Position numbers and translations under genes: made by a program. The notes beneath the pieces were generated by a model. The model made no database searches. It saw nothing but the letters and a program-made list of their open reading frames with translations, and was not told the origin of the DNA. A stretch of DNA of 64,000 nt from Bdellovibrionota bacterium (GTDB taxonomy: Bacteria > Bdellovibrionota_C > UBA2361 > OMII01): positions 8,427 to 72,426 of the forward strand of contig JBIJBE010000003.1 of assembly GCA_044345405.1 (NCBI GenBank). Reading direction: 5' to 3'. Of the stretch, positions 17,605-25,404 are shown piece after piece; the stretch's first letter is position 1; each line of letters starts with the position of its first letter.

Positions 17605-18270
17605 ATGGCAGGTTTAAAAGTTGGTCAATCAGCGCCACGATTCTCACTTAAAGATAAGGATGGAAAGGCGCACTCGCTTGATGCGTCCAAAGTTGACTAC
17701 ACGGTGCTCTATTTCTATCCAAAGGATGACACACCGGGTTGCACGCTTGAGGCGAAGGAGTTCTCTCAGTTTCTTGAGAAATTCACCTCCCGTAATGTGC
17801 GCGTTGTTGGCGTATCGGGTGGCGACGAAAAGACAAAAGCGAAGTTCTGCGCGAAGTACTCACTTAAGGTTCCCCTTGTTTCGGATACTAATTTCAAGGT
17901 GGCGAAGTCTTATGGCGCGTATGGCACGAAGCAGTTTATGGGGCGAACATTTCAGGGGATCTTCCGGAAGACCTTCCTCCTGGATAAAGCCGGAAAGATC
18001 GCGCGCATCTTCGATACTGTAAAGCCTGAAGGGCACGCCGAGGAGGTTTTGGCGGCTATCGATGAACTTTCGAAGAAGGGGGGCGTGAAGAAAGCTACCG
18101 CTAAGCCGGCCGCGAAGACGAAAAAGGCCCCCGCGAAGAAAGCGATCGCTACAAAGAGCGCGGTAAAGCGAGGTAGTAAGGCCAAGCCGGCTCGCGCGGC
18201 AGCGCCGAAGCGAGCCGCACGTAAAGCGACCGCCGCTCGTAGCGCCAAGAAGGCAACGAAAAAGAAGTAG
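17605..18270 (+). CDS. bcp: Thiol peroxidase / peroxiredoxin (Bcp family) with a C-terminal histone-H1-like Lys/Ala-rich tail. The six-frame ORF extends 5' to 17323, but the ATG at 17605 has an AGGAG RBS.
   Basis: Prx core (YFYPKDDTPGCTLEA contains the peroxidatic Cys; VVGVSGGDEKTKAKF). The last ~75 aa are KKATAKPAAKTKKAPAKKAIATKSAVKRGSKAKPARAAAPKRAARKATAARSAKKATKKK. Confidence 0.8.
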   Translation: MAGLKVGQSAPRFSLKDKDGKAHSLDASKVDYTVLYFYPKDDTPGCTLEAKEFSQFLEKFTSRNVRVVGVSGGDEKTKAKFCAKYSLKVPLVSDTNFKVAKSYGAYGTKQFMGRTFQGIFRKTFLLDKAGKIARIFDTVKPEGHAEEVLAAIDELSKKGGVKKATAKPAAKTKKAPAKKAIATKSAVKRGSKAKPARAAAPKRAARKATAARSAKKATKKK

Positions 18271-18323
18271 TCAGTTTTCGCGTAGTGCTCGAGAGCGGGG
18301 GCATCTCCGCTCTCGGGTCACTC

Positions 18324-19043
18324 CTACGCTACCCACGGAAGGAACGACCAGAAGCTCGGCTCATCAGCTGGGTCGTGCATAATATCACGAGCGATACACC
18401 TTCCAGCCTCATTTACCATCGCCTCGGTGTAGAGCATGTCGGATCGTTGCGAGGTCAGTCCAAACGTTCCGCTCACCTCGAACATGTCGTGTCTGTTCGT
18501 GACAACTCGTGAGGTTCCGTACCAGAGGGTCGTTCCTGAATCGGCATCGATAATTTTGGTGTGAATAGTCCACTCATCGAGGCGAGAGAGTCGCTCGAGA
18601 TATCCTACGAGGACGAGATCGTATCCCGCGGTGCGGGCGAGTGAGAGCGCCCCGAAGTTGCCGGTAAAGAAGTCATCCTTCTTGCCAGGCCAGTCTTGAC
18701 GATTGAATACCTCAATTATCGGAAGGGTATCGTATGCGAGCAGCTCTCGTTGGGTTGTCCATCCGAGTTGATCGCTAATTCCCGGAAGCTCAGAGTTCTG
18801 AGCGGTAAAGTTTGCCTGCGTCACGAAGGGGATAACCGCCATGCGCGCGGTGACACCACCCTTAAACCGCTGATCTATGAAGGCGGGAATGTCTGTCCGA
18901 ACATAGGCACGGGTTGTGCAAGTCTCGCCCGTGTGGCGAAAGAGCATCGCGCAGCTGGATAAAATTACCGGGAGTGTCAAAAGACTGACACGGAGAGCAC
19001 CCCGGATCCAGGTTGAAGTTTTTAAGGATGAAGCTAATTGCAT
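18324..19043 (-). CDS. Lipoprotein of the CsgG/FlgO/LpoB-like superfamily. The start is chosen at the Met that gives the signal peptide MQLASS...LPVILSSC.
   Basis: Lipobox LSSC and a GYDLVLVGYLE motif resembling CsgG/FlgO-family cores. The six-frame ORF runs on to 19280, but that extension overlaps the neighbouring gene. Confidence 0.45.
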   Translation of the reverse strand: MQLASSLKTSTWIRGALRVSLLTLPVILSSCAMLFRHTGETCTTRAYVRTDIPAFIDQRFKGGVTARMAVIPFVTQANFTAQNSELPGISDQLGWTTQRELLAYDTLPIIEVFNRQDWPGKKDDFFTGNFGALSLARTAGYDLVLVGYLERLSRLDEWTIHTKIIDADSGTTLWYGTSRVVTNRHDMFEVSGTFGLTSQRSDMLYTEAMVNEAGRCIARDIMHDPADEPSFWSFLPWVA

Positions 19044-19052
19044 GAGGTTACT

Positions 19053-19937
19053 ATGTTTACTCCAGTAGGTCTGAAAACCGGACATACACTTCTCTCGAGA
19101 GTTCAAAGAGTATGCCAGGTTCTGGGCGTTTGCACCGGTATTTTGCTTCTGGGTGCCGCTGGATGTAGCCCTCGCTACGATGACATGCCGGCGTATTGGC
19201 CGATTCCGAATAAAGATTACGACAACTACGGCCCTGGGCGTTTCAAGACCTCCCTCCTCGCGGCTCAGATTGATCGCCACTACCGAGGCTCGGCACCCGG
19301 TCCGATCGGTGTGACAACCTTCGTGAACGTTGATGATCTGTACTCCTCAAGCACTTTTGGACGCATGGTTGGAGAGCAGCTCATGAGTGAACTCGCGATG
19401 AAGGGATTCGATGTTATTGAGCTCCGTCACACCGATGCGCTGCAGTTCCTTGATCGTGGTGGAGAGTTCGCGCTTTCTCGTGACGCGGGTATGGTTCGAC
19501 CGGAGCGAAATCTCGCTGGTGTGGTTGTCGGCACCTACGTGGCTTCGCCAGAGCGGGTGTACGTCAACGCGCGCCTCATCGATCCCTCTACCTCAGTCGT
19601 GCTCTCAGCCGGTTCCGTTGAGATGAGCAAGACTCCCGAGCTGACGAAGCTTCTTCGTGGAGGAAGTCTCCCAGGATCGCTGGAGCGTATCCCCGTTCGA
19701 CACCTCGGAAATGTAACGCAGCAGATCGATCCAACCGAGACCTCTCGACGACGATGGAGTCAGGAGGAGGGAGGATGGGATATTCCTCAGACAGCTCCTG
19801 TGCCAAGCAGCCCTTCAGCGGCGCTTCCGTCAGCCCCTGTTTCGCCCAAGAGTTCGGCGAGCGCTCCTAAGGTTCTGAGCCAGCCCGAGGTTAGTGTGAA
19901 GGACGATGGAGTGGGTCCGGTCGTGAAGGTTCAATAG
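19053..19937 (+). CDS. FlgO/LPP20-like outer-membrane lipoprotein with a Pro/Ser-rich C-terminal tail
   Basis: Lipobox LLLGAAGC. The FlgO-like core is GVTTFVNVDDL...GFDVIE...LAGVVVGTYVASPERVYVNARLID. Confidence 0.45.
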   Translation: MFTPVGLKTGHTLLSRVQRVCQVLGVCTGILLLGAAGCSPRYDDMPAYWPIPNKDYDNYGPGRFKTSLLAAQIDRHYRGSAPGPIGVTTFVNVDDLYSSSTFGRMVGEQLMSELAMKGFDVIELRHTDALQFLDRGGEFALSRDAGMVRPERNLAGVVVGTYVASPERVYVNARLIDPSTSVVLSAGSVEMSKTPELTKLLRGGSLPGSLERIPVRHLGNVTQQIDPTETSRRRWSQEEGGWDIPQTAPVPSSPSAALPSAPVSPKSSASAPKVLSQPEVSVKDDGVGPVVKVQ

Positions 19938-20203
19938 CGTTGTGAAAGGTTTTTGCTGAGGCCAAACTTTGCCTCGCCTGGTCGCATTCTGCCAAGTTCC
20001 TCGAATGCGCCCCTAGGACCCTCTTCGGACTTATTCTGACAAAAGCCCGGCATGAGCCTGCAAGCTTGGGATTTCGCTGGTAAGTGGGTTCTCACGGTAA
20101 CCGTTAGTGCGACCAAGCAAACTACGATCACGACGCCCACCAGCACGTGGACTCGGTAGTCTGTTCGCTTGACCGCTGATTTGTTCGTAGCCCCTCTATC
20201 CAT
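19931..20203 (-). CDS. Possible small membrane protein (90 aa, one TM helix)
   Basis: An ORF with a hydrophobic stretch VLVGVVIVVCLVALTV in an otherwise ORF-free 430-bp gap. No homology-based support. Confidence 0.2.
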   Translation of the reverse strand: MDRGATNKSAVKRTDYRVHVLVGVVIVVCLVALTVTVRTHLPAKSQACRLMPGFCQNKSEEGPRGAFEELGRMRPGEAKFGLSKNLSQRY

Positions 20204-20368
20204 CGACTCCTCCGACCCTGACCTTCGTTCCTTGCTATCGGCCTCGTGGGGGGGGATCTTTAGATTTTCCTGGTATCTTCCTAGGTTTACTCATTTAGTA
20301 GCTGTAAACCACAGTTTTTTCTGATAGGTTCGTGAGCGACCTGTCGCCAGGCACCGCATGCCCGCTGC

Positions 20369-21112
20369 GTGCGGCAAACACACAGAGAATCTTTTAACTC
20401 TTTAAGGGGTTACGTATTCATGAGCGCTGTTGAGACAACCAGCCATTTTTGGGTAGCCGCGCCTCCTCTCTACTCAAGCACCCTTCTCGTTGCGCCCGGA
20501 GCTGATAGCTCCGGCCAGGGGCGAGCAACGACGCGACTTGAGATCTTTGATACGGATGGAACTCAGGTTAATTCGGTCGAGGTCGAGTTTCCGAGTTCTG
20601 AGGTAGGCTTTGTTGAGCTTGAGCCCTTCACCGCCGCTCTTAAGATGCAAGGAGGGGTCGCTCACGGCCATCTTAAGGTCACCTCATCTGAAGGGACCCG
20701 ACATCTCTTCCGACAGTCGATCGGCTCGAGCGTTGTGCTCTATCAAGATCCCGTGCCTGTCGCGTCACGCGAGAACAGCTTCATTCCTGTTGTTATTGGC
20801 GGTCGACGAGAGCACATGGTGGTACTCGTCAACGGCGGAGCAGAGGAGGGGCAGATCGCGTGTCGCCTTTTTTACGGCAACCGCTCTCCTGAGTGGACCT
20901 TAACCGTTCCCGGTAACGGAAGTCGCGTTCTTTCCCTTGAGAATGAGCTCATAGCGTCTGCTGACCAAAAAGCGTGGGAGAAGGGAGCTCTTCAAGCGTA
21001 CGTTCGATTGTCAGGGAAGCTCCAGTCGCCGATAGCGGGACACATTATCGAACGGACCCTCGGGGAGTCTCCTGAGCAGGACCTGTATCGTTGTTTACTT
21101 TCTTGGGGATAG
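20369..21112 (+). CDS. Hypothetical protein (P1 of a three-gene operon). The start may be the ATG at 20420.
   Basis: A long ORF with GC3-rich codon usage like its neighbours. Its stop and the next start are 8 bp apart. Confidence 0.4.
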   Translation: MRQTHRESFNSLRGYVFMSAVETTSHFWVAAPPLYSSTLLVAPGADSSGQGRATTRLEIFDTDGTQVNSVEVEFPSSEVGFVELEPFTAALKMQGGVAHGHLKVTSSEGTRHLFRQSIGSSVVLYQDPVPVASRENSFIPVVIGGRREHMVVLVNGGAEEGQIACRLFYGNRSPEWTLTVPGNGSRVLSLENELIASADQKAWEKGALQAYVRLSGKLQSPIAGHIIERTLGESPEQDLYRCLLSWG

Positions 21113-21119
21113 AGGCAGT

Positions 21120-21902
21120 ATGGATCGCGCGGCTCCCGCAGCAGTAAAAACCGTGATGTTTTGTCTCTCAACATCATCGATTAAAACCCGTGTACATTTC
21201 TTTCCGACCGCGGGCTCCACGGCCAGTCATCATCCAATAACGTGCGTTCTCTCGCTCTTCGGTAAGGGGATTGAGAAGCGAGCGGTGATGCTCGACGGTG
21301 GAAGGCTCAATCAGCCCGATGGCGTTCGCCTTGAGGAGGCGTTCCCGACCCTTCGAAATGAAGCCTCGGGTATCTTCGGGTTGGAGATCCAACTCTCGTC
21401 TCAGCAGGGGCGAGTGAACCTTCTTTCGTCTCAAGCCGCGATCGAGCTCGTCTCGCCCCAGGCTTCGATCATGTACTATAGCGCGCCATTCGTTCCCGAT
21501 GTGGAAGAGGTTGCGTCGCCAGAGCCGCAAGGAGATCTCTCCCAGCGCCTAGCTGACGCGCGACGGCGCAGTTTTGTTGGTGTTGGCCTACAGGACGCGT
21601 TCGTAACGACCTCGCTCGTTATGGTTAATTCGACGAACGAAACGGTGCGACCAGCCATCTTCCAAGGAGTGGGAGAGGAGGCTCAATCCCTTCCGGTTGG
21701 AAATATCTCGCCTGAATCGGCGATGGAGATTCCCCTTGAAGAATCGCTCTTCAAGAAGACAACGCCGCATGAATGTCTCTGGGGACTCTCTCGGGCTGAG
21801 AAGATCTCGGTTGGGCCGGATTCTCTCACTCCTCATACCGCTTTCTATGTCATGTATCGTGACCCAGTAAGTAAGCGTCCTGTTTCGGTGTGTGCGTTAT
21901 GA
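21120..21902 (+). CDS. Hypothetical protein (P2). Weak internal similarity to P1 (LEI... beta-rich segments).
   Basis: ORF with operon context. No recognisable motifs. Confidence 0.4.
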   Translation: MDRAAPAAVKTVMFCLSTSSIKTRVHFFPTAGSTASHHPITCVLSLFGKGIEKRAVMLDGGRLNQPDGVRLEEAFPTLRNEASGIFGLEIQLSSQQGRVNLLSSQAAIELVSPQASIMYYSAPFVPDVEEVASPEPQGDLSQRLADARRRSFVGVGLQDAFVTTSLVMVNSTNETVRPAIFQGVGEEAQSLPVGNISPESAMEIPLEESLFKKTTPHECLWGLSRAEKISVGPDSLTPHTAFYVMYRDPVSKRPVSVCAL

Positions 21903-22681
21903 AGTTAGCCATTTTTTCTCCGTACGGTTCCTTCCATCGCGAGAGTGGTCTTATGTACCTCGTCGCGAACTACCTCGATAAGCAGGGTGGTGATGTCGCC
22001 CAGCTTCGGTGCGATGGTGCGCTCCCCGCGTGTGGACGGGATAAGAAGCATCAGAGTGGGCGGACTCCGTTCTCTTGCTTGCAGTGCATGAGCGAACAGA
22101 AGGCGCTCGCTCAGTGGGCGAACATTAAGAGTCGAGACCTCTCGTCGTACATCGTCCCTGATGACGTGCTCAAGAGCGCTCAGTGGATCTCCTCAATCGG
22201 AAAAGCTGATCTCTATCGAATTGAGTTTCGAGGCGTTCGGTTATGGGATGTGTGCGAGAAGGAGTTTCAGTCGCGGTGGACCATCGAGTCGCTTGAGAAG
22301 ATATCACCAGCGCAGGAGCGAGACCTCCGAGCGCTCTACGTTTCGTATGTCCACACCGTTGTGAGCAGCGAGCGCTTTATCGCGTCGTGGAAGCCGACCT
22401 TGCATTTCGTTGTTGGCTCGAACGATCCGCTCGCGCAGGCTTACCTTTCGCAGGTTCGACGCTCGGAGGGCGAAGCTGCCCTCTTCTCGTATGACGCTAC
22501 CAATGAATCGATCTCCGTTGAAGCGCTCAAGAACGGCGAAAAATATACGACGACCTTGATTATCCCCGAAGCAACCGAGATGCGCGCGGATCCCCGCACC
22601 TGGGCTCCAGAGCTCACCGCGATCGTGAACGAGATGCTCTCGTTCCTCGGGCATGGGGCGGATCTGGTGCCGACGAAGTAG
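21890..22681 (+). CDS. Hypothetical protein (P3) with an N-terminal Cys cluster (C-x12-CxxC) that may be a zinc ribbon
   Basis: The ORF overlaps the P2 stop by 13 bp. It is followed by a strong terminator hairpin. Confidence 0.4.
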   Translation: MCVMKLAIFSPYGSFHRESGLMYLVANYLDKQGGDVAQLRCDGALPACGRDKKHQSGRTPFSCLQCMSEQKALAQWANIKSRDLSSYIVPDDVLKSAQWISSIGKADLYRIEFRGVRLWDVCEKEFQSRWTIESLEKISPAQERDLRALYVSYVHTVVSSERFIASWKPTLHFVVGSNDPLAQAYLSQVRRSEGEAALFSYDATNESISVEALKNGEKYTTTLIIPEATEMRADPRTWAPELTAIVNEMLSFLGHGADLVPTK

Positions 22682-22730
22682 GTGACTCGTAGCTCTCGGT
22701 GTCGAGGTTGTTCGGTAGCTGGTTGTTCGA

Positions 22731-22822
22731 CCACAGAGGACGCAAAGGACACAAAGGATCGGCCACCGGCACATCGTGTGCCAGTTCTTTGTGTCCTTTG
22801 CGTCTCTGTGGTTTAGAAAAAA
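22731..22822 (+). terminator. Rho-independent terminator: a ~25-bp near-perfect stem (CCACAGAGGACGCAAAGGACACAAAGG ... TCTTTGTGTCCTTTGCGTCTCTGTGG) with a structured loop, followed by TTTAGAAAAAA
   Basis: The inverted repeat can be read directly. It lies between the convergent P3 (+) and histidine kinase (-) genes. Confidence 0.6.
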
Positions 22823-22940
22823 CTCAAGAAGCTGATTAGAAGCGATGGGCGCTAGGCGAACCGTCTTACCGCGATACCTCCCGCTCGCTGGTGCCCCGCT
22901 CGCTATAAAACGAGGCGGAATAGGAGCTACGCAAGTGTTC

Positions 22941-24251
22941 TCACTGCCCCACCGGCTCCGGCGCCTTTCTTAGCTCAATCGTAAACGAGGTCCCCTGATC
23001 CTGCGCGCTCTCAACCTTGATACTCCCGCCCAGCTTTTCCACAAGCTTCTTCACCGAGGCGAGCCCAACACCGGTACCCTCGATCGTCTCCTCACCGGCG
23101 CGATTGAACGGCTTGAAGATCGAGTCGATCTTATCTGAGCTAATACCTCGTCCGTTATCGGACACCACGATCGAGGTTTTTCGCCGCGAGAGCGCTTTTT
23201 CGGATCCGATCGAGATGAGGAGGGGGCGATCGCTTTTCTTGTATTTGATAGCGTTGCCGATCAGGTTGCTGAAGACCTGATAGAGTTGCGTTTTGTTGCC
23301 GAGGACAACGGGAAGCTCTTGAATGGTCGTGATCTTCGCGTCGCTCTGTTGGATCTGCAGTTGATGATCTTCAAGTACCTCTCGAATAACATCGTGAAGA
23401 GGGATCGGCTCAAGGGACCGCTCTGCAGCCGAGATACGCGCGAGTTCCAGTACCCCCGAGACCAGATCTTGCAAACGCCTCGTCGCCTTTCTGATGTAGG
23501 TAAGGGGTTCCGCGAGCTGCGGATTGTTTTTTATAGCGTCCTCCTCCTCAAGGATTCCGAGCATCCCGGAGACGGTGAGGATCGGGGCTTTCAGATCGTG
23601 GGAGAGCATATAGGTAAACTCGTTTAGATCTTTATTGCGCTCCTCAACCTGTAGCTGATTCATAACGTGCGCCGTGACATCGATAGTGATCGAGAGCGCG
23701 ACGTACTCGTTCGAGGTGTTGTCGAGGATGGGCACGGTTCGGGTCTCTAGCCACAGCGTGATGCCTGATTTGTGGTAGAAGCGGTAACGGCACTGAAAAG
23801 GCTCGCCGGTCGCGACGATGTGGAGCGATCGTTGAACGATCTCTCGGTCCTCATCTTGAACGTTCGCGGTGAGGAAGGTGCTCTTGTTACGATAGATCTC
23901 CGAGAGGGGGAATCCGGTGAGGACCTCAGTGAAGGGGCTACACCACAGCACCGTTCCGTCGGCCTCATGAAGCATCACCGCCGCGGCTACGTTTTCGGTG
24001 AGGATCTTGTACCTGGTGCGATGATCCGTGTCGGATTGTCTTAGTTGCGCGACGAGGTGTTCCAGTTCACCCGCTCTCTTTCCGATCACGGGAATCCATC
24101 GGAGAGGGCCAGAGAAACGGACGCGAGGGGTCTCCTCATCCGCTGACGTGACGATACGAGAGAGGTGAGTAAGCGTCGCGATATACAACGCGGCGAGAGC
24201 GCATAGGAGTAACGCTAGTATCGCCGCGACGTAAATCACCCATTGCTCCAT
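22941..24251 (-). CDS. Membrane-anchored PAS-domain sensor histidine kinase (HisKA + HATPase_c)
   Basis: N-terminal TM helix, a PAS segment, the H-box LSHDLKAPIL and the G-box GTGVGLASVKKLVEKLGG. Confidence 0.8.
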   Translation of the reverse strand: MEQWVIYVAAILALLLCALAALYIATLTHLSRIVTSADEETPRVRFSGPLRWIPVIGKRAGELEHLVAQLRQSDTDHRTRYKILTENVAAAVMLHEADGTVLWCSPFTEVLTGFPLSEIYRNKSTFLTANVQDEDREIVQRSLHIVATGEPFQCRYRFYHKSGITLWLETRTVPILDNTSNEYVALSITIDVTAHVMNQLQVEERNKDLNEFTYMLSHDLKAPILTVSGMLGILEEEDAIKNNPQLAEPLTYIRKATRRLQDLVSGVLELARISAAERSLEPIPLHDVIREVLEDHQLQIQQSDAKITTIQELPVVLGNKTQLYQVFSNLIGNAIKYKKSDRPLLISIGSEKALSRRKTSIVVSDNGRGISSDKIDSIFKPFNRAGEETIEGTGVGLASVKKLVEKLGGSIKVESAQDQGTSFTIELRKAPEPVGQ

Positions 24252-25162
24252 GATTCGTAGAGGGAGCGCTCCTGCTCGAACGCGGATGCCGCTCTGTCGA
24301 GAAGTTCCGCTTGTAAGGGCTCCGCGACCTCAAGGTGGTTCCACGCGTCAGGAAGCATCGGCTCGTAAATCCGTCGCGCTTGATTGGCCTCCCGTCCAGC
24401 GCCGAGCGCGAGGGTATGCGCGATGATGTTAGCGGCTTTGACGAGGGCAACGACGGAGTCTTTCGGAATCTCCTGCCAACTCTTGTGATGTTTACTGATC
24501 ACCGCGGTGAGTTCGGGGGTGAAGTGCCATCGCTCCGCGATGAGGTGACCAACTTGGGTGTGATCGAACGGGTACGCGACCGTTTCGCCATCGATCGATT
24601 GGAGTCCCTCTTCATATCCCTTCGTGACAACCTTTTCATAATTAGTTGTGTGTTGTTGCAACATGAAGAGCTTTCCGATGTCGTGCATCAGCCCTCCAAG
24701 GAAAGCCATATCCGCCTGGGCAGGACGGAGCGTGTTGGCGAGTGTGCGTGCGGTGATCGCGACCGCGATATCGTGCGCCCAGAAGAGGGCCCGTAGAGGA
24801 TGACGAGTGGGGAAGAAGTTAGAGAGCGCGGTGGCGTTCATGAGGCACTGCAGCTCGGATATGCCGATAACGGTGACCGCGTCCGTAATAGTTTTACTGT
24901 CGGAGCCCCGGCTGTAGTAGACCGAGTTCGCTATCTTGAGTACGCGAGCAGAGAGGCCCTCGTCGTGCTCCACGACCGCGATGTAATCTTCGGGCTCAGC
25001 GTTTGGTGAGGTCGCCAATTGAAAGGCCTGCTGAGCGACCTTCGGCATAATTGGCAGTGATTTGATCCCGAGGTAGCTGACGATAGATTGCCGCACCCCG
25101 TCCGCAAGGGTAGGGTGTCCCTCGTTCTGCTTTGATTTGCGCCCGAACAATTTTGATAGCAT
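24236..25162 (-). CDS. HDOD-domain signalling protein
   Basis: HDOD signature (LPIMPKVAQQAF...LKIANSVYY...GLMHDIGKL). It overlaps the downstream kinase start by 16 bp, so the two are in one operon. Confidence 0.75.
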   Translation of the reverse strand: MLSKLFGRKSKQNEGHPTLADGVRQSIVSYLGIKSLPIMPKVAQQAFQLATSPNAEPEDYIAVVEHDEGLSARVLKIANSVYYSRGSDSKTITDAVTVIGISELQCLMNATALSNFFPTRHPLRALFWAHDIAVAITARTLANTLRPAQADMAFLGGLMHDIGKLFMLQQHTTNYEKVVTKGYEEGLQSIDGETVAYPFDHTQVGHLIAERWHFTPELTAVISKHHKSWQEIPKDSVVALVKAANIIAHTLALGAGREANQARRIYEPMLPDAWNHLEVAEPLQAELLDRAASAFEQERSLYESWSNG

Positions 25163-25404
25163 AACCCTCTAATAAGATGACGCTTTCCTTGCGGTCGGTG
25201 CCCGTTTCGATCGTACGCCGGGTTTCCCTCCGCGGTGGCTTACTGATACCGTGGGGTATCGGCACTCCCTCCTCCCTGATGAACGATTCGGCGCTGAGGG
25301 GATGGCGATGGAGCGGTAAGGCTAAGTGCCCTGGTTTTTTCAAGAATTTGCGTTAGAACCGGGGCACGGGTAGTATAGACCGATTAAGAAAGGGCCATTC
25401 GATT

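Noticed and set aside
18288-18316. Hairpin CGAGAGCGG-N8-CCGCTCTCG between convergent bcp and the lipoprotein gene, as a possible bidirectional terminator
   Set aside because: The 9-bp stem is plausible, but no U-tract follows it on either strand. It is recorded only as a possible Rho-dependent or weak terminator, not as a feature.
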